From an uncultured Gammaproteobacteria bacterium (lineage in GTDB: Bacteria > Patescibacteriota > Microgenomatia > Levybacterales > UBA12049), in assembly GCA_964474445.1 (NCBI GenBank), contig CAYYSJ010000001.1, positions 78,530 through 142,529 of the forward strand: 64,000 bases of DNA. Direction: 5' to 3'. The position numbers and the translations under genes are program-made. Of this stretch, positions 19,475-28,021 are shown piece by piece. Within the stretch, counting starts at the first letter, position 1, and the number at the start of each line of letters is the position of its first letter. The notes beneath the pieces are model-generated. The model did no database searches. It saw only the letters and a program-made list of their open reading frames with translations, and was not told the DNA's origin.

Positions 19475-19527
19475 TTTTATACTAAGGGGAGAGATCACTC
19501 CCTCCCCTTAAAAAAAAGAGAAAGGTA

Positions 19528-19986
19528 TTAATTACCTTCTCCTAAATCTGTTGTTTTTACAACTGTTGTATTAACAACATTGGATACAACTGATTCTGCG
19601 CCTGCATTTCCTGTTTGCACAGAACCACCATCAACTTCTCCTGCATTAACTGTATTCTTTCCAGTTGAAGCAGAGATCCCAACTAAATTCAGGACTAATC
19701 CTGCATTGTTAACAGTTACATCACTGCCGAAGAAACTTTTTGAATCTACGGAAGTAGTGTTAAGAATGTTTTCAACTTGTGCAACTGATATTGCATTTCC
19801 CGTTGTTACAGAACCTCCGTCAACAAAATCTCCATTAAGAGAATTATTGCCTGTGTCTGAAGTGGTAAGAACACCATTTACGACAACTCCTAGATTAGAA
19901 ACATTTGTTTCTGCAAATGCTGGAACGATTGTTCCAAGTACGAGTGCTGCTGATGCTGCTGCGACTGCTAATTTTTTTACGATCAT
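19528..19986 (-). CDS. secreted protein consisting of signal peptide plus two copies of the same NTG-N...TGNA repeat
   Basis: Strong SD (AAAGGAGGTGA); signal MIVKKLAVAAASAALVLGTIVPAFA; repeats ETNVSN...TGNNSLNG...TGNAISVAQVENILNTT and paralogous second copy. Confidence 0.65.
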   Translation of the reverse strand: MIVKKLAVAAASAALVLGTIVPAFAETNVSNLGVVVNGVLTTSDTGNNSLNGDFVDGGSVTTGNAISVAQVENILNTTSVDSKSFFGSDVTVNNAGLVLNLVGISASTGKNTVNAGEVDGGSVQTGNAGAESVVSNVVNTTVVKTTDLGEGN

Positions 19987-20019
19987 CTTTGATTCACCTC
20001 CTTTCTTTTAAATATTAAA

Positions 20020-20051
20020 AACCGACGTTTTCTGAAACTAGTACGTCGGTT
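20020..20051 (-). terminator. rho-independent terminator-like hairpin (9-bp stem AACCGACGT/ACGTCGGTT) followed by T-run on minus strand
   Basis: Perfect 9-bp inverted repeat with 14-nt loop; minus strand reads hairpin then TTTTAATATT, directly upstream of the SD of 19528..19986. Confidence 0.45.
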
Positions 20052-20226
20052 ACGAAAAATGAATAAAAAGTTCTATATACATATTGCTTTGTTGTTAACT
20101 TTTTCATTTACAATAAAAAAACACCAGAACACATATGTGTTTGGTGCCTCCGTTAACGGTCAGCAATTACTTTGTAATTATAAGTTATAGAATGTTATTG
20201 TTATCTTGTCAATAACCTAGGGAATA

Positions 20227-20403
20227 TTACTCTTCTACGAGACTAATTATAGGTTTGCGAATATTCTTCTCTGTAATTTGAGTTACTTGGTTATTTTGGA
20301 TAATGATCTCGATACTTCCCCAGCCATGAATACTATTGATAGATTGGGATAGTTCTTCGAGAATCTTTTGTGAAAGTTGCGGTGAGATTTTCTTTCCTGC
20401 CAT
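20227..20403 (-). CDS. YezD/DUF2292-like small protein (58 aa), not in ORF track
   Basis: MAGKKISPQLSQKILEELSQSINSIHGWGSIEIIIQNNQVTQITEKNIRKPIISLVEE; matches the YezD pattern (YGS-V-I-V-DG-V-QIE-TEK-R); weak SD. Confidence 0.45.
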   Translation of the reverse strand: MAGKKISPQLSQKILEELSQSINSIHGWGSIEIIIQNNQVTQITEKNIRKPIISLVEE

Positions 20404-20486
20404 ACTGACTTCAGGACAGGAAGAAGCTTACCTATGCTAATGCTTAATGCATAATTTGTCAAGCGTTAATAAGATAAATGAATACG

Positions 20487-20885
20487 CTACTTAGCTTGGA
20501 GCACATGAAAGAGACTATTAAAGAAAGATTGAATGTTATTCCAAAGGTTTTGAAGCTGAGGTGCACGGTGAGGATGTTCATCTCCCTTTATTGGGCTAGG
20601 AGATGAACTTGCCATTGGAGATGGAGAAAGCGTTGTTCCTGTTGCATCATTTGTTACCGATGATGTTTTGCCATTGTTTTGTATATGGTAATCTCCTGGC
20701 TGAGTACTATCAAAATTTTGCGTGTGCCCATTTACGTTGGTCTCAACATGAGTTGAAACACTTCCAGACCCATCAATTGAGGTATGTACGTCTACATCTG
20801 ATGAAGCGTTGCCTTCATGTATCTCTGCAAATGCAGGAGTGGTGAAAAGCAAAAAAACAGTTGTAAAAAGAAATAGGTATTTCAT
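20487..20885 (-). CDS. small secreted protein, hypothetical
   Basis: Signal peptide MKYLFLFTTVFLLFTTPAFA, S/T/H-rich mature region, no TM. Confidence 0.5.
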   Translation of the reverse strand: MKYLFLFTTVFLLFTTPAFAEIHEGNASSDVDVHTSIDGSGSVSTHVETNVNGHTQNFDSTQPGDYHIQNNGKTSSVTNDATGTTLSPSPMASSSPSPIKGDEHPHRAPQLQNLWNNIQSFFNSLFHVLQAK

Positions 20886-20919
20886 TGTTCGTTCATTCTA
20901 GCACCTTTATGCAAGAAAT

Positions 20920-20941
20920 TTGTCAATATGTGTATTGACAA
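20920..20941. promoter_or_regulatory. perfect 8-6-8 inverted repeat TTGTCAAT-atgtgt-ATTGACAA in divergent promoter region
   Basis: Between divergently transcribed 20487..20885 and 20997..21572; shares 9-mer TTGTCAATA with a second palindrome at ~20194..20216. Confidence 0.3.
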
Positions 20942-20996
20942 GTACCATATAAATTGTTATAAAAAATCAATCTCTGCCCCCCTGCCTCATAGTTTA

Positions 20997-21572
20997 ATGA
21001 AAATACAGACATATATTATTAGTGGTCTTGTCCTCGCATTGTTTCTCGCTTGTTTGGGGATTACCCATTCATTTGCTGTCGAGAATGTGCATGTAAGCAA
21101 TACTGCAACAGTTCAAAACTCCGTTACCACAACCTGTGGTACAGGAAACAATACTGTAACTGGCAATGGTACTATCAAAACAGGGAATGCAAATTGCCAA
21201 ACTGTTATCCAAAATGTTGTCAATACAAATATTGTTGTCACCTCCCCTACTCCTACACAGACACCGACATTGATACCGACGCTTACCATTACATCTTCTC
21301 CTACTCCTACCCCAACACCAGGACAGAACGGTTGCACAAGTAATTGTGGAGGGAATAATAGTGGTGGCAGCAACAATAACAGTGGAGGCTCATCAAATAA
21401 TTCATCTTCCAATACCCAATCTACTTCACCAGCTCAGGCTGTTTTGGGAACGAGTGACATGGCTGCAACAGGAACCTTTACTAATACACTTATGGCAATG
21501 TTTGCTTTTGTTGGTTTTGGGTTTTTGTTTGCAGGATCATACAATCTTCGAAAAGATCTCGTTAGCAAATAA
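20997..21572 (+). CDS. surface protein: signal peptide, one NTG-N...TGNA repeat, TPTPT linker, S/N/G-rich region, C-terminal TM anchor + basic tail
   Basis: Start at MKIQTYIISGLVLALFLACLGITHSFA; repeat ENVHVSNTATVQNSVTTTCGTGNNTVTGNGTIKTGNANCQTVIQNVVNTN; C-terminal LMAMFAFVGFGFLFAGSYNLRKDLVSK. Confidence 0.65.
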   Translation: MKIQTYIISGLVLALFLACLGITHSFAVENVHVSNTATVQNSVTTTCGTGNNTVTGNGTIKTGNANCQTVIQNVVNTNIVVTSPTPTQTPTLIPTLTITSSPTPTPTPGQNGCTSNCGGNNSGGSNNNSGGSSNNSSSNTQSTSPAQAVLGTSDMAATGTFTNTLMAMFAFVGFGFLFAGSYNLRKDLVSK

Positions 21573-21645
21573 CTAACTTTTCAAGACATACTTTTCTATT
21601 ACGCTTCCTTGACTCCTACAAAATATCTACCATTATAATAAAGGT

Positions 21646-22290
21646 ATGTTTCCCCTCTGGGACTCCATCCATACGAATAAATTTCCCCTGGTAAACATCA
21701 CGCTTATTATTGTTACCGGATACGTTTTTTTTAAAGAAATCTCAGCGGTAGACCCAAATGCATTTATCCAGCAGTACGCTCTTATTCCTTCCCTTGTAAG
21801 TCTTAGTAACTTCGCAACATTTTTTCCTTTTTTAACTGCAATATTCCTTCATGGAGGATGGCTTCATATTTTGTCCAATATGTGGTTTTTATGGGTATTT
21901 GGTGACGATGTAGAAGGATACTTCGGGCATTTTTTCTATCTTATTCTATATTTTCTTTCTGGGATTGCTGGAAATATTGTGCAATTTCTTCTTATGCCAC
22001 ACAGTAATATCCCTATGCTTGGAGCATCTGGTGCGATTGCCGGGGTATTGGGAGCATATTTTGTCTTGTTTCCCTACTCTAAAGTGAAAACGTTCCTTCC
22101 CATTTTTTTCTTTTTTACGATTGTTGATATTCCTGCTCCTTTTATGCTTGGTTACTGGTTTTTGTTGCAACTTGTTTCAGGTGCTGCTTCTCTACCGCTC
22201 ATGGGGGCAGTTGGAGGTGTCGCATTTTTTGCACATGTAACAGGTTTTCTCGTAGGTGCAATTGTAGGGACTTCATCGAAAGAAAGGTAA
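21646..22290 (+). CDS. rhomboid-family intramembrane serine protease
   Basis: 6 TM; HGGWLHILSNMWFLWVFG, catalytic GASGAIAG (Ser) and downstream His in TM6. Confidence 0.85.
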   Translation: MFPLWDSIHTNKFPLVNITLIIVTGYVFFKEISAVDPNAFIQQYALIPSLVSLSNFATFFPFLTAIFLHGGWLHILSNMWFLWVFGDDVEGYFGHFFYLILYFLSGIAGNIVQFLLMPHSNIPMLGASGAIAGVLGAYFVLFPYSKVKTFLPIFFFFTIVDIPAPFMLGYWFLLQLVSGAASLPLMGAVGGVAFFAHVTGFLVGAIVGTSSKER

Positions 22291-22372
22291 TAAAGTAAAG
22301 AATATAAGATATCCTGTATTTGGTAGATTTTTATTGTGACAACTTTGGTTCTATGGTATACTACCAAAGCGT

Positions 22373-22448
22373 GGTGGCCATAGCTCAATGGTAGAGCATC
22401 AGTTTGTGGAGCTGAGGGTTGCGGGTTCGAATCCCGTTGGCCACCCCA
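22373..22448 (+). tRNA. tRNA-His (anticodon GTG) with genomically encoded G-1 and CCA
   Basis: G(-1)+GTGGCCA/TGGCCAC, discriminator C73, anticodon loop TTGTGGA, T-arm GCGGGTTCGAATCCCGT. Confidence 0.9.
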
Positions 22449-22648
22449 ATAGTATTTAGATTATTTCATAAATCCTAACTTCATTCGGCAGTCAACTTCA
22501 ATTTTTTAACTTCAAAAGACACGTGAAATTATTATACTCCAAGACCAAGTTCAAATCTTTGGGATAGCATATATGCGTATAGAGTTTTTAAGTGTTGATC
22601 TTCGACGAAAAATGAAAATTTGGTATAATAAATATCATAAGAATCAAT

Positions 22649-23185
22649 ATGTCGACAATCCATTTTGAAGCTAAACTATTTAAAATCGGCTCATGGACAC
22701 TTCTCAGGCTGCCTAATGAAGCAAGCGCGAAGCTTCCCTCACGGGGCATGACAATGGTTGAGGGAACTATCAATGACTTCCACTTCCAAACTGAGCTCGA
22801 ACCAGATGGTAAAGGAAGCCACTGGTTTAGGGTAGATAAAAGTATACTCGAAGCCACCGGAGTGGATGCAGGTGATACTGTAACGCTGTCAGTTGAGTCG
22901 ACTAAAGAATGGCCGGAACCTGATATACCAGAAGATTTGGAGACTGCTCTTGCGGCTGACCCAAAAGCACACACTCTTTGGATGAGTATCACGCCAATGG
23001 CGCGCTGGGACTGGATCCGTTGGATACGATCAACCAAACAAGCGGAAACACGGAGACGACGGATCGAGGTAGCGTTCTCAAAGCTTAAGGCCGGAGAGCG
23101 AAGGCCATGTTGTTTTAATCGAAGTCTATGTACTGAGCCCTATGTATCGCATAATGGTGTGCTCCTTGACTCAATAACAAGCTAA
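22649..23185 (+). CDS. DUF1905 + YdeI/OmpD-associated (bacteriocin-protection-like) domain protein
   Basis: N-terminal SWTLLRLPNEASAKLPSRGMTMVEGTINDF (DUF1905), C-terminal WIRWIRSTKQAETRRRRIEVAFSKLKAG (YdeI-like). Confidence 0.7.
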   Translation: MSTIHFEAKLFKIGSWTLLRLPNEASAKLPSRGMTMVEGTINDFHFQTELEPDGKGSHWFRVDKSILEATGVDAGDTVTLSVESTKEWPEPDIPEDLETALAADPKAHTLWMSITPMARWDWIRWIRSTKQAETRRRRIEVAFSKLKAGERRPCCFNRSLCTEPYVSHNGVLLDSITS

Positions 23186-23302
23186 CGATTACAGTAATTT
23201 ACTTTTCATAAAGTTACAAAACGACTCCACTTGAAAATCTGTTTGATAAGCATTTTTGAAATAATTTTCTATTTTAAGAACGGGGTCTAATAGTGCGTGT
23301 TT

Positions 23303-25210
23303 TTACCGATACTGGGATATGATGTCGGAAACTGAGGTGAATTGTGCTTTTGGTTTGTCGCTGTTGTTAATGTCAAACATATCCAAATGTCCATAACCAC
23401 CATAGCTTTGTGCGTCAAATTGGTTTGCAAAATCTAAATGTGCTCCAATCATTGCATTCATTGCAGCTGTTGAGAATTTACTCATAAAGTCTGCGTTTTC
23501 TCCAAGGGGGTTACTGCCTGGATCAAAATTCCATTCTGTAATACCAACTGGAATATCAAATCCTAAATCGTTATGGACCCAACTTTTTACTTCTTGGGTA
23601 ACGGTGGTGTAAGTTTGTGCTTGTGCAGGTCCACAATTTCCTGAGCTATTAAATCCATCTGTTGCATTGTCACAAGGATACCAATGGAAACTTACGGCAT
23701 CTGGGTAAACGCCTGATGCTTTGACGCCATGTAAGAAATTTTGCATATAACAATCTCCTGGCTGTGCACCAGGAAGGGGTGCAGGTCCAGAATAGTAGCA
23801 ATCATTGCCTTGATCGTTATAAGTAACTGGGCCGATAAATTTTGCATTTGGATTGATTTTCCTAAGTTCAGTAACGAATTCATTCCAGCGGCTAAGATAT
23901 GTTTGAATATCCATATGGGTAACTACAGTGCCATTGTCGTTATATTCATCCAAATCTGGCTCATTGCCTATTTCATATAAGTTACATCTATTGCCAGCAT
24001 ATGCAACTACCCTCTTTGCAAAATCAAGATCTGTTTCTAACTTTCCGGTATCAATGTCAGTAATTCGTATGTGTGTTGAGCTTGGATCAGTATTATTTGC
24101 TGCATTTGTTCGGATATCCTTGAGTACGATCAGACACTGCATACCTGATTTTTTAATTGCTTGCAGTCTTGTTTCAAGCTCATATTGATAGGGTGCATAT
24201 GGCGTGACAGTCGTATATTGTGCCGTTGGCGTGTCATATTCATGAGAGTTTGGTTGAGATGGATTTACTATAGTCTGGCCAGTAGTTGGATCAATTTTTA
24301 TTTGAATTTGAGGATTTGTTCCAAGCGTTATCCTATGTCCATCGGACAGACTGTAATGGAAAATAAACATTCTCATGAGAGAAAAATGATTATTGAGCAA
24401 TGAAGGTTGGATGATATTATGAGGATCAGTGTCGAAATTATCTTCTGTATAATCCTGACTATCATTACTTCCAAATAAGTAAGATGATACATTATTTTTC
24501 CATAGTTGTTGACCAGGAAGTAGCCCAAGAGTTGTTGGTGGCACTGTCGTTGGTGTTGGTGTACTTGTTGGAATTACCGTTGGGTTTGGCGTTGGGGTTG
24601 CTGTTGGACTCACTGTTGGACTCACTGTTGGAGTTCCTGTTACTTGTACCCCACCGACCAGCATAACGTCATCAATATATATAGTTACGAGAGATGTATT
24701 TAGCCAGTTCTTCAGTTGTATTCCACCAATTGTTTGGCCACTTGGATTAAGCATTGACATTGGCACACTAATATGGACCCAGCCATTTGCCAATGTGTTT
24801 GTAACATTGTTTTGGGAGAGTTGTATCTCGTTAATCCAACTTCCCTGCGGATCAACAACGAGAATAGCAAAATCTTCAAGTGATTGTCCTTTCGTATTTA
24901 CATTCCAGTCAATAGAAGTATATTGATTGGATGTAATTGGTGTGTTTGCTATGAAGTTGATTGCCCCCCAGCCCTGGTATGCAATTGAGTATGAGCAGGG
25001 TGCAGAGGTGTATGTTGTTGTATCGCAGCTATTTCTGCTGGTAAACCCAAATGAATTATCAGTGAATCCACTCTCCACCCCATTGGTATACACCGGAACT
25101 GATGGTGTGGCAGCAAATACAGCACTAACTACTGGAGAAAAAATATTTTGTAGCAAGAGACCAATAATAAAAAGTATTGCTAAAGTAAATCTATGTTTTA
25201 AATACCTCAT
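23303..25210 (-). CDS. secreted glycoside hydrolase, clan GH-A (GH5/GH30/GH39-like) with N-terminal beta-sandwich domain and T/P-rich linker
   Basis: Signal peptide; linker TGTPTVSPTVSPTATPTPNPT; catalytic acid/base motif EIGNEPD (NEP) and nucleophile motif GITEWN typical of (beta/alpha)8 clan A hydrolases. Confidence 0.6.
   Translation of the reverse strand: MRYLKHRFTLAILFIIGLLLQNIFSPVVSAVFAATPSVPVYTNGVESGFTDNSFGFTSRNSCDTTTYTSAPCSYSIAYQGWGAINFIANTPITSNQYTSIDWNVNTKGQSLEDFAILVVDPQGSWINEIQLSQNNVTNTLANGWVHISVPMSMLNPSGQTIGGIQLKNWLNTSLVTIYIDDVMLVGGVQVTGTPTVSPTVSPTATPTPNPTVIPTSTPTPTTVPPTTLGLLPGQQLWKNNVSSYLFGSNDSQDYTEDNFDTDPHNIIQPSLLNNHFSLMRMFIFHYSLSDGHRITLGTNPQIQIKIDPTTGQTIVNPSQPNSHEYDTPTAQYTTVTPYAPYQYELETRLQAIKKSGMQCLIVLKDIRTNAANNTDPSSTHIRITDIDTGKLETDLDFAKRVVAYAGNRCNLYEIGNEPDLDEYNDNGTVVTHMDIQTYLSRWNEFVTELRKINPNAKFIGPVTYNDQGNDCYYSGPAPLPGAQPGDCYMQNFLHGVKASGVYPDAVSFHWYPCDNATDGFNSSGNCGPAQAQTYTTVTQEVKSWVHNDLGFDIPVGITEWNFDPGSNPLGENADFMSKFSTAAMNAMIGAHLDFANQFDAQSYGGYGHLDMFDINNSDKPKAQFTSVSDIISQYR
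24540..24650. repeat. coding tandem oligonucleotide repeats (ACTGTTGGACTC / GTTGGNGTT units) encoding T/P/V/S linker
   Basis: gttggcgttggggttgctgttggactcactgttggactcactgttggagtt within glycoside hydrolase gene; similar TPTPT-coding repeats at ~21240..21330. Confidence 0.6.
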
Positions 25211-25360
25211 ATCTTATAAAAGCGATTGTAACAGACATTATGTAGGATAAATGTAAGAAATAATGTAGCAGAATATAGTTAGTTTGAAAAGAGGATTATG
25301 AATGAGTAGGAGATTACCAAAATTTCTTAAATACTGAAGAATTACAGTGGAAGTATTTTC

Positions 25361-26047
25361 TTACCAAAGATAGGGAATTAATCGATATCTGACTTTTGTA
25401 CGGTATGCGTTATAACCAGATAAGTTCTTCTCTAAGTATTTTTCCTCCTCTAAAAGTCTCCAAATTATCCCAAAAACTAAAATAACAAAAAGAAATAAAC
25501 CTAACCATGAGCCAAGTGCTAGAGGAACTCCAAAAAGCATTATTAATGAACCGCTATACATTGGGTGCCTAATATATGAGTATAATCCTGTGGTAATAAC
25601 CTTCTGATTTTTTTCAACCTCAATCGTTGAAGCTGTATAGGTATTTTCCCTAAATACAATAAAAACAATTAGGAAACCAAGAACTATGAGAGCATTACCA
25701 ATAAATACTGCTACCGCAGGGGTACTGGACCAATTGAAACGGTGGTCTAACACGGAACATATGACATATGCGAGGATTATAATGAACGCAAATGTCATAA
25801 TTATTTTTTGTTTTTTATCCTTTTCTGCTAGTGGCCCTGCATTCATACGACGAGCGAGTAATGCTGGATCATATATTGCTAGATAAAGAGTAATTACGAG
25901 AATACTTAAGGAGAAAACAGTAATAAACAACCATCCTTGCCAATAGTTTATTGTTCCTGCTGGTATAAAAATAAGCGCTGCCATGGAAAAAGGCATCAAA
26001 AGGAGTTGTACTGTTGCCTTACGATAAAGTTCTGCTTTGGTGAACAT
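25361..26047 (-). CDS. isoprenylcysteine carboxyl methyltransferase (ICMT/PEMT) family membrane methyltransferase
   Basis: Multi-TM; C-terminal IRHPMYSGSLIMLFGVPLALGSW...EEKYLEKNLSGYNAYRTKVRYRLIP = ICMT SAM-binding signature. Confidence 0.7.
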   Translation of the reverse strand: MFTKAELYRKATVQLLLMPFSMAALIFIPAGTINYWQGWLFITVFSLSILVITLYLAIYDPALLARRMNAGPLAEKDKKQKIIMTFAFIIILAYVICSVLDHRFNWSSTPAVAVFIGNALIVLGFLIVFIVFRENTYTASTIEVEKNQKVITTGLYSYIRHPMYSGSLIMLFGVPLALGSWLGLFLFVILVFGIIWRLLEEEKYLEKNLSGYNAYRTKVRYRLIPYLW

Positions 26048-26101
26048 AAACGTATATCAAGATTTTTAAATCAGTATCCTTCGTTGAACAAGGCGTCGTT
26101 C

Positions 26102-27040
26102 CTATTGTAGTGTATTCTTTACCACTGCTGCTAGTGCTTTAATAAAAAGTGGTGATGTATTGAGAGACTCTGTTCGTGCAAAGGTAATGCCATGTTCCTC
26201 CGCCTGTTCTCTTGCTCCAATACCAACGTCATACAAGATTTCTAAATGATCAGCTAAAAATTGGACAGGTGCTATGAGGACGTGCGTTTCTCCTTTTTCT
26301 TCCAACTCTGGCATGATGTCTGCAAAGTCAGGCTTCAGCCACTCCTCTGGTGTGTGCCCTGCACTTTGATAACAAAACATCCACCTCTCCTTTGAAAGTC
26401 CAGATAACTTTGCAATCTCAGCAGCTGTTTCTTTGAGGTCATCAATATAACCAGGCTCTTTATCAATCACTCTTTTAGGCATACTGTGGGCTGAGAAAAG
26501 CACTTTGATTTTTTTACTTACCTCTTTTGGAAGATTATTGAGTGCTTCCATGACACGTTGTGCCATTGCCTGAAGAAAAAAAGGTTCTACATGCCAGTCT
26601 GTTGCAATTCTCAAGTCAAGGTTATCTCTTTTTAGTTTTGCTACTGCTTCTTGTAATTCACGAAGATAGCCACTCATAATAATTGGTGAATATTGTGGTG
26701 ACATAATAATACCCACTAATGTATCTATATCTTCTGGAAACTCCTTGACAACATCTTCAATAAAAGGGTCAGAAAAACGCATGCCTGCTTTTACAAAAAA
26801 GCGCGTTTCTTGCATATGCTGGTTCAATTCTTTTTCAAGTGCTGCTGCTTGGTCTTTGGTAATTTGAATGAGTGGAGAGCCACCTATAAGGTCATATCTT
26901 CTTTGAAATTCTGCAATATTTTCTGAATCAGCATCTTTTCCCCCGTATACATTCTTTAGGTATTGTGGCACATCAGCAAGTGTTTTTGGTGATCCATAGG
27001 TCATGAGGATAACGCCAATTTTTTTCTGTTGTTTTGCCAT
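26102..27040 (-). CDS. hemH: ferrochelatase (coproporphyrin ferrochelatase CpfC / HemH)
   Basis: IGVILMTYGSP N-terminus, RYDLIGGSPL, catalytic-His motif LFSAHSMP, collinear similarity to B. subtilis HemH. Confidence 0.85.
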   Translation of the reverse strand: MAKQQKKIGVILMTYGSPKTLADVPQYLKNVYGGKDADSENIAEFQRRYDLIGGSPLIQITKDQAAALEKELNQHMQETRFFVKAGMRFSDPFIEDVVKEFPEDIDTLVGIIMSPQYSPIIMSGYLRELQEAVAKLKRDNLDLRIATDWHVEPFFLQAMAQRVMEALNNLPKEVSKKIKVLFSAHSMPKRVIDKEPGYIDDLKETAAEIAKLSGLSKERWMFCYQSAGHTPEEWLKPDFADIMPELEEKGETHVLIAPVQFLADHLEILYDVGIGAREQAEEHGITFARTESLNTSPLFIKALAAVVKNTLQ

Positions 27041-27093
27041 AGAATCTTCTTTCCAGTATAACATAGATACCTTATAATGGTTGTAGCTTTTTT

Positions 27094-28014
27094 ATGAGAA
27101 ATATTATTATCGGGACTCGTGGAAGTCGTCTTGCTCTTATTCAAACAGATATTGTTAAAAAACAATTGGAGGAAATAGCTCCTGATATATCTATTGAAGT
27201 CCAGACAATTACGACAAAAGGAGATAAAAATTTAAACCCCGTACCTTTGGATAGTGTTGGAAAAGGATGGTTTACGAAGGAAATTGATAAAGCACTTTTG
27301 GAAGGAAGTATTGATATTGCTGTGCATAGTCTAAAAGACTTACCAGAAGTGTTACCAAAAGGACTTGTTATTGCTGCAATTCCACAAAGGGAGGATGCAC
27401 GAGAAGCACTGGTGTCTTATGGGAATGTATCATTTGAACATCTGAAAAAAGGAGCAGTTATAGGGACAGATAGCACGAGAAGAAAAGCACAGGTTCTTCA
27501 TAAGAGACCGGACCTTGTTGTTGAAAGTGTCAGAGGAAACGTCAATACCAGACTTGATAAGCTTGATAATGGTGACTATGATGCTCTTTTTCTTGCTGTT
27601 GCGGGACTCAAAAGGCTAGGTCTTGAACATCGTATTGCTGAGTATTTCTCAGTTGAAGATGTTATTCCCTCTCCTGGACAAGGAGCTTTGGCTGTTGTCA
27701 TAAAAGAGAGCAATGCTGATCTTTTTTCACTCCTTCAGCAACTGAACCATACAAACGCGCTTATTGCTATTTCAGCAGAACGAGCATTTTCAAAGGCTGT
27801 AGGAGGTGGATGTAAGTTACCTGTTGGAGTATATGCAGAATGCAAAGGGAACTCAATAACATTACATGGTGTCATTGGGTCCTTGGATGGGAAACATCTT
27901 GCCAAAGAGTCAATAGAAGGAAAGGTGTCCTCTTCAGTATCCCTTGCAAAAACTCTTGCAACACAACTGTTGCAAAAAGCCAAGCCTTGGTATAGTAAAC
28001 TTACTATTGAGTAA
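27094..28014 (+). CDS. hemC: hydroxymethylbilane synthase (porphobilinogen deaminase)
   Basis: IIIGTRGSRLALIQT, cofactor-binding GGGCKLPVG, 306 aa. Confidence 0.9.
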   Translation: MRNIIIGTRGSRLALIQTDIVKKQLEEIAPDISIEVQTITTKGDKNLNPVPLDSVGKGWFTKEIDKALLEGSIDIAVHSLKDLPEVLPKGLVIAAIPQREDAREALVSYGNVSFEHLKKGAVIGTDSTRRKAQVLHKRPDLVVESVRGNVNTRLDKLDNGDYDALFLAVAGLKRLGLEHRIAEYFSVEDVIPSPGQGALAVVIKESNADLFSLLQQLNHTNALIAISAERAFSKAVGGGCKLPVGVYAECKGNSITLHGVIGSLDGKHLAKESIEGKVSSSVSLAKTLATQLLQKAKPWYSKLTIE

Positions 28015-28021
28015 ATTACGT

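Noticed and set aside
21240-21430. Short tandem nucleotide repeats (ACTCCTACNCCNACACC units and AATAA/GTGG runs), considered as possible CRISPR or satellite
   Set aside because: They are in-frame coding low-complexity (TPTPTQTPT linker and S/N/G-rich tract) inside a gene. They lack the regular repeat-spacer architecture of CRISPR.
22588-23037. 149-aa minus-strand ORF overlapping the DUF1905/YdeI gene
   Set aside because: The plus-strand ORF 22649..23185 has recognisable conserved domains. The antisense ORF is most likely a spurious shadow ORF.
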